From Rotaria socialis (lineage: Eukaryota), in assembly GCA_905331295.1 (NCBI GenBank), contig CAJNYD010000074.1, positions 372,001 through 433,356 of the forward strand: a stretch of 61,356 nucleotides of DNA, in the 5' to 3' direction. Below the pieces are notes generated by a model. It was not told where the DNA came from. It searched no databases and saw only the letters and a program-made list of their open reading frames with translations. Within the stretch, counting starts at the first letter, position 1; every line of letters begins with the position of its first letter. Position numbers and translations under genes: made by a program. Shown here in pieces: positions 1 through 13,160 of this stretch.

Positions 1-607
1 GCAGGTGAAGGTCGACAACATCTTAGTCCTAGTGGTGAAATACCAAATCATCCTGAAGTAAAAACCGACGAAGAACTTCCATCCTATTGTAGTCCTCCTA
101 ATCCATGTCCATTAGGTTTTGAAGGTAAAATTAAGTTTAAAAGACAAATAATTAAAGAAAAATTCTTGTTATATTTATTTACAGCTGATGATTGTGACGC
201 ATCAGAAATGTCTAAATTTACAGCTGAATACAGTCGACTATATCAAGCTACGCAAGATTGCCAATGTGACAATGATCATGACGAATGCTATGCGAATAGC
301 ATTATGGTAAAGAGATAAAGTTGATGATTGATTTAAATTAATTTTTCAAGCTCGTTATTTTCAGTATACTGTTCCACCACATGGCTCATCAAAGGGTATT
401 TTAAAGCGTGCTCGGCGAATTAGACGCGTATGTTAATGGTTGGCTTGTTTTTTCTTGATCTAAAAATTAAATATTCTATTTTAGAGTGCTCGTCATTCAG
501 ATGAAAAAAATCATACGAAAGTTAATTCGAAACAAAATCCATATCATAAAGGACAGACTCTGCGACTCCATGTTGCTAAAAAGTCTCCAATGAGTATGGT
601 GTCGTAA
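1..607 (+). CDS. SCG5: Neuroendocrine protein 7B2 (secretogranin V), 3' exons; 5' end lies outside the window
   Basis: Spliced translation AGEGRQHLSPSGEIPNHPEVKTDEELPSYCSPPNPCPLGF contains the 7B2 PPNPCP signature. It is followed by a polybasic KRARRIRR site and a C-terminal peptide NPYHKGQTLRLHVAKKS resembling vertebrate NPYLQGQRLDNVVAKKS. Stop TAA at 605-607. Confidence 0.9.
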
Positions 608-1957
608 ATTATGATGTATCCATTTATTTAATTCAATGAAAAAAAGATTCAATTGCAGCAGAATACTTTCAAAAACTTAAAGAGAAGAAGAAAAATTTGA
701 AAATACAAGTAATTATTTTTGATTGACATATATATGTATTCGTTTAAAATTCGAATCGAATGTAAATCATTATTCCTTCGTAATGAAATCCTTTATTATT
801 TTTTGTCTTCAATTCATACAATGAGATCAATAAAATATTTTCTTCTTCATAGTATATTATCTCATGTCAATCTATTTTTACATTGATTTTATGCACCGAT
901 TTTCAAAGCAATTCTATCAAAGGTGAAACAAACAAATATTTGCTTTCAATTAACAGAATTCATACGAGAGTTTTCAGATGGAAATGCATCACAAAGATTC
1001 ATAAGAAGACGTCTCATAGAGTTAATAAGATAGTCAAACAATCTTGCTAGTTCTGTCGGGCTATAATGAATGTTTTTCAATAATCAGATGTCTACCATCC
1101 GCTTCCGAAGCCTCTCTAACACTACAAAATGAAATCTAATAGAATTTCATTGACTGTTTTTTACAAAAGATTTTTCAAAGTAAATTGACGAAATGCACAA
1201 AGTTGTTAGTAATTATTAATGAAACTCATCTATTTTTTAGCGATATTTTTAAAAAGAGATGCATCTTGTTGGGTTCGAGGATTTTCAATGGAAAGGTAGG
1301 GCGAGATTGAATGGTTTTTTTTTGACTCTTGATGACAATTTTAAGCATCGCAGCTAAGAATTTCATTTTTATCATGTTCTAATTTTACCATGTCAATACA
1401 TATTTTCATGAAAATATAACACTAATGATAAAATGAATTCATATAAAAGAAAAACATGCTTGGCTAAGTCGAAATAATGATGATTCATTCTCTTGAACGT
1501 ATACATCACAGTTGAATCTTTTTTTGAACATAATAATCGAACGTGCTTTGTGCTTGTTGGCTACTGCAGTCATATTTATTCGTTTCTGATTCATGAAAAG
1601 GAAAATTGCCCGTTCAACACTCATTCTGGAGAAAGAGCTTTTATTAATCATCTATGAAAAGCAATACTTCGAAAGCACTCACAAAAATATGATTTCAGTC
1701 AAGCTTTGAAACTGGTTTGTAATACAAAAAAACTAGACTTGACAAGCAGTCAAGTCATCATTCCTATAAATCCATTGGTTCAATTAAATAACTGGTACGA
1801 AAAAACTGAAATGCAATTAAAACACGTTTATAAACAATTCATCTAAAGCACACTTGAATAGACGAGAAAACAAAATGCTTGTTTTGCGCTTTTCTTAGAA
1901 AAAATATCGATTATTTTTAATTGTTCATGTGCAATAGCACAAACAGTATTATCAAAC

Positions 1958-3750
1958 ATGACATCGCAGTCAAAAGTGCGCGATCTTCTTATTACAGGTA
2001 TTTCAACACAATTTCCAGATTATAATCCTTATAGTAGTTCGAAAAATGTACAAAATCGATCTTCGCATCCAACAACTGGATGTTCTTTTGATCCACATTG
2101 TCCTGAGTGTATTCGGGATTTATGGGGACCATTATTGTCACCGTTTGCCTATCTAATTAAACAAAATGCTGAATATTTTGATGAAATTATCAAGCGTATT
2201 GGAAAATATAAATTAAATACAATGCCAAATTCTTCTTCGTCAAAGCAATCATTAAAACCACCTAAACTCGAATATGATGATCATAGATTTTTAACTACAA
2301 TTGGTGTTTGTGTCTATCGTACATCAAAAGTGGGTTGGTTAATTACTTGGGTAAAAATAAGAGAGATTATCAAAGCTTTTGATAAATTTTACTCTTCGAA
2401 TTAGACATTAGGCTTCTTATTAATGATATTAGGTATTGCAATACTTGTATTAAAAGATTCACAACTTTCACCATTGATTGTTCTGCTACGCATGAATCAA
2501 GCATCGCGATGGGGTTTAAAAGTGACGCTGCAATTAGTAATCTAATTTTATTTTTGATTTAAAATTGAAATCTATTTATTTTCTATTGTTATTTATTTCG
2601 TAGTGCTTCATAGCAATTTCACTAATAGGAATATTGAAGATGCTAGCATCTTTACTTGGTCTCATCGCAACAGCACATCGAAATCAAAGTCTCATGATAG
2701 GAGTGAGTCATATCGGTGTCAAATGATGAATATGATGAAAAACGTATTTTCTAGAGATTAGACTTTAATATTTATTAGTATTCTCATTCTATTTGAAATC
2801 GGTGCAGTTGTTTACTGTGCTTTTGCTCGATCAGAAGTAAATTAATTTCTATTGACAAAAACAGCAAGCTATATTCATTTTTAGCTTATGTCAGATATTG
2901 AAACAGCATTGACAAATTCCTTTCAAGATCATTATGCTACTCTTGATAATGATCGAATCACAGACGCTTGGGATCGTATTTTTCAAAGTGTAAAAATATT
3001 GAATGGAAACAAAATCGAATAAGCCATATTTGCGTTTTCTAGTATGAATGCTGTGGATGGCTGATTAATGATTTTAGCAATTCACAATGGACTTCATCTA
3101 TAGCAAATGGTATACCACATTCATGTTGTCGGCCAGGTTTGCTTACATAACAAAAGAAACCTCAATAAATACAATAGATATTTGTTTTTAATAGGTGCAG
3201 TTCATCCAACATGTGAATCAATTTTAGCTCCACCAAATCAAAACTATGCTGGTCAAGTAATTGATTTCTAAACATTGTCTTCCTTCTAAAGTTGAATTTT
3301 TCGAAAATAGGAATGCTCGAATTCTATTCAACAATCAATAAATGCGAATGCTTATGTACCCATTATATTTTCTTCTATAGGTTTTATTATTATCATTGAG
3401 GTAAATAAAAATAATATGTGTATTCAACAAAATATTATTTCAATTAGCTTGCATCTACTGTTTTAACATTCCTCTATGCAACAACATTAAAAACAGCTAG
3501 TCGTCGTCGCCGTTCACATAATGAAAGATCAATGCGAAAATTTCAAGGACAACTTGCTTCTTATACTGGAGAAAGTACCAATGATGTACCGTCCGATCGA
3601 AATCAAACCAATGATCTTCATCAATTATATGATCCGTATGGATCTTTTCATCAGACTCCGCCCAACATTGATCCATCCTTCATGTCTTTAACGCCAACAG
3701 TGATTCAAGTAAAACGGCCCGATGTTTATTCGTATTTTTACTATGAATGA
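1958..3750 (+). CDS. Tetraspanin with long N-terminal and C-terminal tails (multi-exon)
   Basis: Joining GT-AG exons gives four hydrophobic segments (TLGFLLMILGIAILV; CFIAISLIGILKMLASLLGLI; YLVFSFLFEIGAVVYCAF; VPIIFSSIGFIIIIE). The large loop has AWDRIFQSYECCG, IPHSCC and later Cys residues. Start codon uncertain. Confidence 0.85.
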
Positions 3751-4208
3751 AAATATTTTCATTTTTGTTCTGTTTTATATTAAAGAATAGACAAAAGAAA
3801 ATGAAACGCATAGTAGTTGTGTATGTTGCTTTAGATAATATGCACAAAGCGTAAAAAGAAAGCCGTAAATACATCGAAGGCAAAAATACAAAAGGTATGA
3901 TCGAGTCATTAAACAAGCGACTAGATACCGTCGAAATCCGTCTAGATTCCCAATCGATTATCTCACTGTTCGCTAGTTTTCTTTGATTTTTTTCTTTCTG
4001 TTTCTATACAAAGGAATCCAGATAGACTAGGTATTGTAACACGCACGAAACCGGGACCTAAAAAAGAAAACACAGCTCCGATATTTTTAAATAAAATAGA
4101 TATGCTAGACAAGCAGAGAAAATAGAAAGCGGAAGGCAAATAATCCTGAGGTAAAAATGTTACATGAAAGTATAAAGACAAAACTAAATAATGAAAGAAA
4201 AAAGAAAA

Positions 4209-7200
4209 TTAATCTGTTGGATCGCCTGTATCAGGAAATGGGATCATATTTTCAAGTGAATGATTCGTTTGTGATGGACGTGTAGGGATACTGCTGGAAC
4301 TCGATGATGTCAATGAATCTGTTGTATCACCAATACCACCTAAATAGATACGTAAGAAAAACTTAGTATTGGAAATAAATATGTCGATATAACGAACTGT
4401 TTTTTAATGATATATCAACAGCAGCATCAGCTAATTTTTCGACAAGATCAACTTCGAAATCAGACTTCGTACTATCAAATGAATTTCCATAGACACTTAA
4501 CGATGGTGCATCCTAAGAACAAAATAATTTAAATTAATCTTCGTTTTTCTTTTTCTTATCTTACTTGATAACTACCAGAACCCACTTCAATATAAGCAGG
4601 TGCAATGTCTTTTTGTAGACTTGGTACATGAACGGGTGTTGATTTTGACCATTTTATTCTAAAAAGAAAATAATGAATCTAAAAATCTATTACAGAAAAA
4701 AATTATCCACAATGTCCATTATGAACCATCATGACCTCTGACTAGTAAAATCCGAAATCTTATACTTTAAAGATTAGTAGACCGATCGCTATACGATCAT
4801 CCTCCAAAAGACTATGTGACAGATGTTTAGTACGTGCTACGGATGCACCAATTCCAAGCCAATAATTGGAATTGGTGCACCCCTAGTACGTGCTAACTTC
4901 TATATAAATCATAAGTACTTTGTATCTTCTCAGTGAGAATGAAGAAATTTCTAAACATTTGTGACTGTTAGCGTTCTATAGACTAGAGTGTGCCGGAGTA
5001 GAAAATTTTACTTATATATTTCAGAATTCTATTTTAAAAACTTACGGTAAACTTTGTAAATCAGCATCAACAACATTCATGGATGTTTGAGGTGAATCAG
5101 CTGTGAATACATTGGAATTTGGATGACAAATACTAACTGTTGCTTCAGAATAATGTTTAAATTGAAATTGTGGACCCATCCATAAACGACGATGTGGACC
5201 AATACATGTATTCATTTCCAGCTAAATATGAATTAATTATGTTTTTTTTCTTGTAAAATTTATCAGGCAAATAATTTACTTGTCGAAGCCAATCATCTTT
5301 TGAATAAACTTTATTTATTGGCGCCGTGCGATGACCTTGAGATAGAAATGCATTAGCAACAGACATACGAACTTCAGGCCATGTTGTCAATCTAAACATT
5401 GAAAATCTTAACTTGTTTTTTCTTTTGATAAATATTATTACTTTTGAAGTGGCCATTGAGCTTTTGGAGACGTTTTAAGAATGAGCGGAGTTTCTGGTGT
5501 AACACGACTGCCATGTTTACTTGTATCTTAAAAAAGAAATCTAGCTGTTTTTTTTTGTTTGAATTCTATGACAGTAATAATGTACCTGCTATCGGCTCAA
5601 GAACATATTCAATAAGTCTACCGTGCCAACTAATAATATATAATGAACCGCATGCACGCGTTGTATGTTCTTGATGATTAATCATGTCTTCTGGATTAAG
5701 AAAACCGCGTGAAATACCAAATGTTGCTGCTAAACATAATGAATCCATATTGAATGGCACAGTGAGGCCGCTCACAAAATTATCAGTCGGTTGACGAATT
5801 ATTGTTACAGCCGTTGAAAATATACATTCAGGATTTGTTCGTTTAGTACGTGCTAATGACGTAAAACTATTATTATGATTATTATTCGTACTTGATGAAG
5901 AATTAGTTAAAGAATTTGATGATGTATCTTTTAGTCCATTATCATTTGTATTAGTATGGGATTGACGTGTTGATTGTTCTTCAAGACCAGCCGTACGATG
6001 ATAGCGACTTGCTTTGTTAACAACGTAAGTTTTTGAATGTGTACGAATATTAACAACACCTGAAATGAATGAGAAAACATTTTTTATACAACGAAGATAG
6101 ATTTTTTAACTGATAAGTCATTCCAAACTTTGTCTACTTAGAATCCGAGACAGAAGGAATACTAAATGTTCTAATATTTTACAGAAACATCAGAACAATT
6201 AGTTTTCGGTTTGAGACTAAGCAAGATGACTAGTTTATTGTGAATGTTTTAGATCTAATTACAAGTTTTATTCGAAGTAGGAGCCATGGGAATGATATGT
6301 CTTTCATATCATTAATATAAACCACCAATTGAATATTCTTGTTTCAGGATAAGCGAGCGACAAGAAAAGAGTTCAAATTTCGGTTAGTTTGTATCTTAAT
6401 GCAAAGTTTCCTTTATTTTTTTCTGCTTTTGCTGTGCTAAACCATAATAAAATAATTTCAAGGGTCTAGTTCAAAGCGGAGCAATCTAACAAAGTGTTTA
6501 CATCTTTTAACTACAGAGTTCAATAGATTTGTAGCCGATCAGTTTTTTCTGATGAAAGTTAATCTATGAGTATTCTTTGATAAAACATATGAAATAGCAA
6601 TTACATGTTCTCCTATATCAATAATCAAATACTTCTACGTATCTCTGTAGAAAAAAATTCTGTAGCGTTTCGAAAAAAATCTATAATGCAAAATGTGCAA
6701 AGATTTTAGAGTTTGTTTTGATAATCTGAGTTCACAAAGTTCAAATTAATAATCAGCTAAAGGTTAAATAATTCTTCATTTTCTTTCAATTTAAAAAATG
6801 ATATTCATACGACTAATTGACTGAAACAATTTAGAAAAGAACAGCACGGGTTAAAATTATCATTCTCGAGTACAAATCTCTTTTTAAATGATGATTAGAG
6901 CTCGAACATATGTTACATATACAATTCCAGATAATCCCATTCGTTCTATCTACCTCCATATGGGTTAATTGCAAATAAATGTGTTGTTCCACGTTTTGTG
7001 GATACAGCAAGCCATCGGCTATCAGTGGTAAATGTCATATGGGATACTAAAAATAGAAGACAATCAATATCAAAACAACATTTTTTTGCTCGTTTTGGTT
7101 TTATGTATCACCTCGACAATCAGTATCACCACGAAATAAAGTATATAAATGCTTAATAAACGTTCTCGTACAACGATAAGGTGATACTTGAATTTCTAAT

Positions 7201-8501
7201 ACATTAAAATAATGACCACTAGTATCACATGTTACAAGTAAATGTCCACTTGGATTAAATTGTAAATAACCAATAGATTCGTTATGAGCTTGAAAATGAG
7301 CTATAATCCAATTTTGTCTCTCATCATGAACTGTTGACTAAAGTAAAACAGTACAAAAACAAATAGCCTTAGTAAATCCATTTTCTTTTCTTACTCCAAA
7401 TAATTTAACTGTATCAATAATTGTTACGATACCCGCTTGTGCTTCATCTTTTCCCGATCCAAGTCTACGACGTGATGAATTCGTACTATTATTATTGTTT
7501 ATTGTTGGCGATGATACTTGTTTAGTTACTGGTAATTTATCATTAAAATTCGAATTATTATTAATCTGTTGTCCACTATAACCTAATACACTTTCACCTA
7601 TTTTAACTACACTTTTCGATAGAGATTTAGCAGCATTCAACATAGCACCTGTATAGGATGCGTATTGTTCCGATATATTACCATTAATTCCACCTGATGA
7701 TTGATGAATTAAATGAAGACGATAATCTGCAAAAGCTAACCATCGTGTCGATAATGCCAATGGTAGTGACGAGTAAACATTTGATAGGAAGAATTTTTCA
7801 TCAAATTTTATTATATCATAACCAATAATAAATGTATGTGTCGCACAAATAAGTACCGAACTATTCGATTCAATTAATATTGGCTCTGCTTGAAGACCAA
7901 CACCAGGTAAATTTATTACTTTTATCATATGTTGATCATTTTTCAATGAACAAATTTGTATAGATGGTGGTCCAGCAGATTTAGCAAATGCTATCAGAGG
8001 ACGATAAGATGAATGTGGATCATCCAGTGATGAATTTGTTGTTAATAAACATGCCGAACAAATATTGTGCTCACGAATAGAAAATAATTCACTTGCAATA
8101 CCATTTATTTCAATTGTCCATAATGCTAAACTACTTTTATATGCAATTAATAGAACTAAGGTTTCGATACGTATCGACGGATGCCATTCGTGTACATTGG
8201 AAAGAAAACGAACCCATTCAATTGGTTCTAATTGATCACTATTATTAGTACGTGAAGACGTAGCATATGCCTAATGAGAGAAAAAATATTTTACTTTGAA
8301 AAACATTGTTTGAAATACTAAATCTTACTTGAGGAACTTTTTCTACAACGTCATGAAAAAGGCCAACAACTGATTCAATTACACTTTTTTCACTAGAGTA
8401 AATAACATGAAATTAGGAAAATGATAGTATTGAAATAAATAAATTTACTTGACCGCTTCCGGACGAACTTTTCGTAATTCAATCGATGATACATAGGACA
8501 T
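4209..8501 (-). CDS. BCAS3: BCAS3/rudhira-like WD40 (Atg18-related) autophagy/cytoskeleton protein, copy A
   Basis: N-terminus MSYVSSIELRKVRP...SVIESVVGLFHDVVEKVPQ. Motifs ALSTRWLAFAD, IAHFQAH, LYTLFRGDTD, DSRWLAVSTKRGTTHLFAINPYGG, RLWMGPQFQFK. Stop at 4209-4211. Confidence 0.9.
4838..4885. mobile_element. 48-bp hAT-type micro-MITE in a BCAS3-A intron
   Basis: 20-bp TIRs (TACGGATGCACCAATTCCAA / reverse complement TAGGGGTGCACCAATTCCAA, 2 mismatches), 8-bp spacer, perfect 8-bp TSD GTACGTGC at 4830-4837 and 4886-4893. Confidence 0.8.
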
Positions 8502-8658
8502 TTAGGCGATTACTCTTAAAATATATAAATAGATATTTACTTATTTTTTGTATCCTGAAAATAAATATAAATTCATCAATTATGCGAAGGACGTGTTCAT
8601 TTACATATACACGTATGTAAATCGTCAGAAAACAATAAAGAAAAGAAAAACAAATCAA

Positions 8659-8698
8659 ATCAGCTGACATTCCAAAATAAAAGTGTCTTGATGAGTCA
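8659..8698. promoter_or_regulatory. Conserved element upstream of BCAS3-A: ATCAGCTGACA (E-box) plus TGAGTCA (AP-1 type)
   Basis: Both motifs recur in the same order and similar spacing upstream of BCAS3-B (25537-25580) while surrounding sequence has diverged. Confidence 0.6.
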
Positions 8699-10640
8699 TA
8701 AATCTAGAGTATTAGTAAAAAGAAATACACAACAAACAGCAGCTACGAACACGAGCAAAGATGACTTTATTGATTTTTCGTAACTAATCGATCCACCGAT
8801 TGGATTTTGAATTAATAGATGTCACTAATAGTTACATCAGCCGACTTGAAGAACCAAGCATTTGCAATGGGGGTAGAGATAGAGAGGTACATTTCGATAA
8901 GCTTGAGATAGAGAAAAGAATTCATGATCAAAATATTGTCCATGTCTGTTCGACACGTCGTTAAGAATAGCATTCTAAGTTGGATTTTAAATCTTCGTCA
9001 TCCATTGATTTACGACATTTGTAGTTTTCTTTTTGTAGTAATTTCATGCAAACTTTAATTGATCAATTCCCTTGATGAGAATATAAGATGCGTTTGAATG
9101 TAACCGAAATTGGTTGCCTTGATTCTATTTAAATTTAAATTTAATGCATCAGTATCAGTGACAGAGCATTATATGTAGACACTAATTCTCATCTTTGACT
9201 AGTTTATATTTTCAGATAATTATGACGTGTATTTTGAAAGCATGTTATTGCTATCGATGCATGCAAATAAAGAAAAGTTGCAAGTAAAGAAGAAACAAAA
9301 CAAAAAATGACCACCGAGTAGTTCACTCATGAAAACATTTCTTTCCCAGGCAAATGGATTTCTATGTAAAAGTTAACTTAAATAATTCATTCGTTTCGGT
9401 TGATTAAAAGTCAATGTGTATCTAGAGACAAGACGTTTGGAGAAAAATAAGAATATATTCTACATTGTTCTGAATCTAAACAATGCGTCACGCATCTGAT
9501 TAGAACAAAAATTGATATATTAGTATTAGAGTTGCTATTCACCGAAATATTTCATTACGGCGATTGTTCACTGTTACTGTTTGATTGTAAGAAACTGTCT
9601 ACGAAAGAAAACAGTATACAAAGATGTACAATCGTTGTCAACGACATGAATTGGTGTAAAAAAATCTACCGCAAAAATAAACTAAATGTTTGTCTCAGCA
9701 AGACAAAATATCCAAAGTTTGATTACTAATGATGACATTCAAAACTATTCTATTCTGCATGTAGAGTTGTTTCTCTATCTTTAGTAAAAATAGAACACTG
9801 CTTATCTCGATAAAATACTATGAATACTTTTATTAGAATTGATGGTGTAAATAGCAAAGCATCTATCTATATGAAACATTAGAAAACTATGGAGTTAATG
9901 ATGGATCTTGCCATCACAGTAGGGATATAGAAATAAACTAAACTACATGACGAAAAGTATCACGCAATTACATATATAATTCTCGATGTGCAAAAAGGCA
10001 TGCTATCGCTAATTGTTCACCAAAACAGTGAAGATTGGTCAAATAAATTCTTAGTTTTTTGTTACTTGGCTTTAATTAACATGTTTCTTTCTTATACAAG
10101 AATGAACAAATGACAAGTTTCCTTATTTCAAATCATTGCTTTACATGGTTCAAACTCATCGCAATACACGCAATGTTACTAAGACTACTAATAAATAGCA
10201 GAAAAACTAAATTGCAATGATTAGTTACTGTTGAACTAAATCCCATATTTGAAGGTTTCTTTCTGATAGGAAAATAATAATCAGAAAACTTTTACAACAA
10301 GCCAAAATCTTGACTAATATTTTGTAATGAAAATTTGAGTTGAAAAGTACCAGTCATTAAGAATCTTTGTTGAGCTTATTATTATGAACAATTCAGAAAG
10401 GCAAGCTCTCTCTCTCTCTCTCTCTGACCAAATAAAACTTTATCAAGCATTCAGCAAGAGACATAAATTTTATTCGCTACTAAAAACAAAAGTTGTAATT
10501 AATAAATAGTAGTCTATGTCAATTCTAATTACACAACGATTTATCATTATTAAATTGTTTCAAAACTCTCTTCATTTACAAAATTCTACTTTGGCCCGAA
10601 AAAAAACAAACAAAAATGGAGAAGAAGAATGGCAATAGAA

Positions 10641-11939
10641 TTATGAAGTAATCGAGTAAGATTTTGCACCAATTTTTGTTAACATCAAGATGAAGATCGA
10701 AAAAGACACCACTTGTGAAATGATATGTAATACAGAAAGAAGATCAGTAGAGTTTTCTTGAGAAGGCGATGATTGAAGATCGTAATTTTCACGTTCTTTG
10801 TATAACGATAACTGTTCTTCATCTATACGTTGAATATATTCAACAAGTCGTGAATGTTGAATAAATAATGTTCGTAATCGAGATTTTTCTGACGTATAAT
10901 GAACAAGTACAAGAAGATAAGAGCTAACCCAAGCATCAATAAGAGAGAATCTAAATAGATCAAAACCAGATAAATATATAATTGTTTTCATAATCATTGT
11001 TTGCTCTCGTACTTCTCGCCACCAATGAATGGTTGATTATTTTCGATTAATTTATTTTCAAGAATTGAGAAACATCGTTCAGCATCGTCATAAATCTATG
11101 AAATAATATTAAAAGATATCCGAAAATACCAAACAAAAAACAACAGTAAATATTTACTGCATTATGTTGCTCATTTGAATGTAAACATTTACTTGCAATT
11201 ATTTCAAACCATGTTTGAGCTGATGAAAATTTTTTCCGAATATAAAATAAACTAGTTGGTAAACCAATGGTATGATGATATAAAGCTCGAACGGATGCTT
11301 TATTGGTTTCATCTAGCCATTGTAAATGCATCTGTAAGAAAAAATAGACTGAAATAAACGAAACAAATAAAAGAAATCGATAATACATACAAAAGCCGGT
11401 ACAAATAGACGTTTAAATGTTGCTAGTAGAGCAAGTTCGTCAGCGGTTGGCTAAAAATAATTACTTTTTATTTTATTCGTTGATAGGAAAATAGAATACT
11501 AACGTGCAATGTTCGGCTATATTCATAAATTGATTCAAATCCAACGTAATGTTTTCTATTAGCAACGTCATGTAGCATTGGATAAGTGTCTGTAACAGTC
11601 AATAATGTGTTATTCAAAAAACAAAATAAAGTATTTTACCAAATATCATGGATATTTGTCGATTGGCATTCACAATTGAGTAGGAAAGTCCTTGAGCGCG
11701 AAGCCATAACTATACACCAAAACACAACTCAAATATATTTCAGCTAATTAGATAAATTAATGTTTACCGAAGCTGCTAAACAAGTAGGATCAATGGTCGT
11801 TAAATGACTACTATTAGGCCATACAGAAAGTACGAAATTTTCTCGTACTTGATTCTAAAAACATACAGTAATGTTTTGAAAATTAATTTAAAAAGTAAAA
11901 AATAACAAATTAATTTACCTTCGAACTTGTTGTTTCCAT
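10641..11939 (-). CDS. Metaxin-like (MTX1/3, Sam37/Tom37 family) mitochondrial outer-membrane protein
   Basis: Spliced translation has FVLSVWP..LTTIDPTCLAA, YPML, LQWLDETN, DDAERCFSILENKL, FSLIDAWVSSYL, LVEYIQRI and a C-terminal hydrophobic anchor, matching the metaxin GST-like layout. Confidence 0.72.
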
Positions 11940-12132
11940 CTCGACTGTTCCTTAAATATATTTATTCGACGAATGAATAACGAAAGAAGAGGTTAACCGA
12001 AAGAAGACATCTATCTTATTTACAATTGATCGGTAGACTTCATCAATCATATTTTTTGTGGTGGAGAAAGAAATTCGATACGCTGACACTATCGATCATA
12101 TAATCTATATCATTGTAAGAAAATAAAAAAAT
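11940..12132. promoter_or_regulatory. Probable bidirectional promoter between head-to-head metaxin-like and FAHD1-A genes
   Basis: Divergent ATGs are ~190 bp apart. The block AGACATCTATCTT..T.AATTGAT..CATCAATCA is also present upstream of FAHD1-B (~27856-27908). Confidence 0.55.
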
Positions 12133-12993
12133 ATGGCGGGATCGTTAAAAAATTTCAGGTCAATTTGTAAAAAAATTATTTGTATTGGACGCAACTATAG
12201 GTAGACGAAAAACGTTTTTAAGTTTAATCTTGTTTTTTGTTTTTTTTATAAATGTAACGCTACATCTTTTTAGCGAACATGCAAGTGAATTAGGCAATGT
12301 ATAAAATATATAAATAGTTATTTTTATCAATTTATTGATGATCTTTCTATCTATCTAAGGTCGTGCCCAGTAAACCAATGATATTTATGAAACCTCCAAG
12401 CGCTTTCGTTCTAGAACCAAATAAAATAATAGTATAGAAAAAAAAGAGAGAATTGATTTTTTGCTAATTAAAAATCAAATTTATTTAATTAGATTCCGTC
12501 TGAATGGGATGAACTCCATCATGAAGTTGAATTAGGTGTTATAATTGATAAGCAATGTCGAAATATTGATAAAGATCTAGTCGAAGCAAATATTGGTGGA
12601 TATTGTCTTGCGCTTGATATGACGGCACGAAAGGTTCAAGATCAACTAAAGAAACAAGGTCATCCATGGTTACTTGCAAAAGGTTTTGATACATCGTGTC
12701 CATGCGGAGATTTTATTGATAAGAGTAAAATTAATTTATCATCATCTGTTAATCTTTGGCTAAGTGTTAATGGAAAAATGAGACAAAATGGTCATACTCG
12801 TGATATGATTTTTTCGGTTCCCGATTTAGTTGCTTACATATCAAAATATATTACACTTGAACATGGAGATTTAATTTTAACTGGTACACCAGCTGGTGTC
12901 GGTCCAGTTAAACGAGGGGATCAAATTGAAGCAGGAATTAATGGTGATAATAATTTGAAATACACAATGAAATTTAATGTTGCTACTCAATAA
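12133..12993 (+). CDS. FAHD1: FAHD1 acylpyruvase/oxaloacetate decarboxylase (FAH family), copy A
   Basis: KIICIGRNYSEHASELGN, IFMKPPS, HHEVELGVII, GYCLALDMTAR, PWLLAKGFDTSCP, GDLILTGTPAGVG, across short introns. Confidence 0.95.
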
Positions 12994-13160
12994 TAAAAAA
13001 CTGATTATAATCTTTTATGATTAATCCTTCTTTCACGTAAAAGTTCAATAGATTAAAGAATGAGATGTAGTTTTGTTAGTGTCAAGTTTGTCACAACTAA
13101 TGAAATTCTATGATGATTTTATTTTTATTGTATATCAGTTATCAATAGAATAGGAGAGAA

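Noticed and set aside
900..1651. Possible degraded minus-strand coding sequence
   Set aside because: No recognisable motif and multiple stops.
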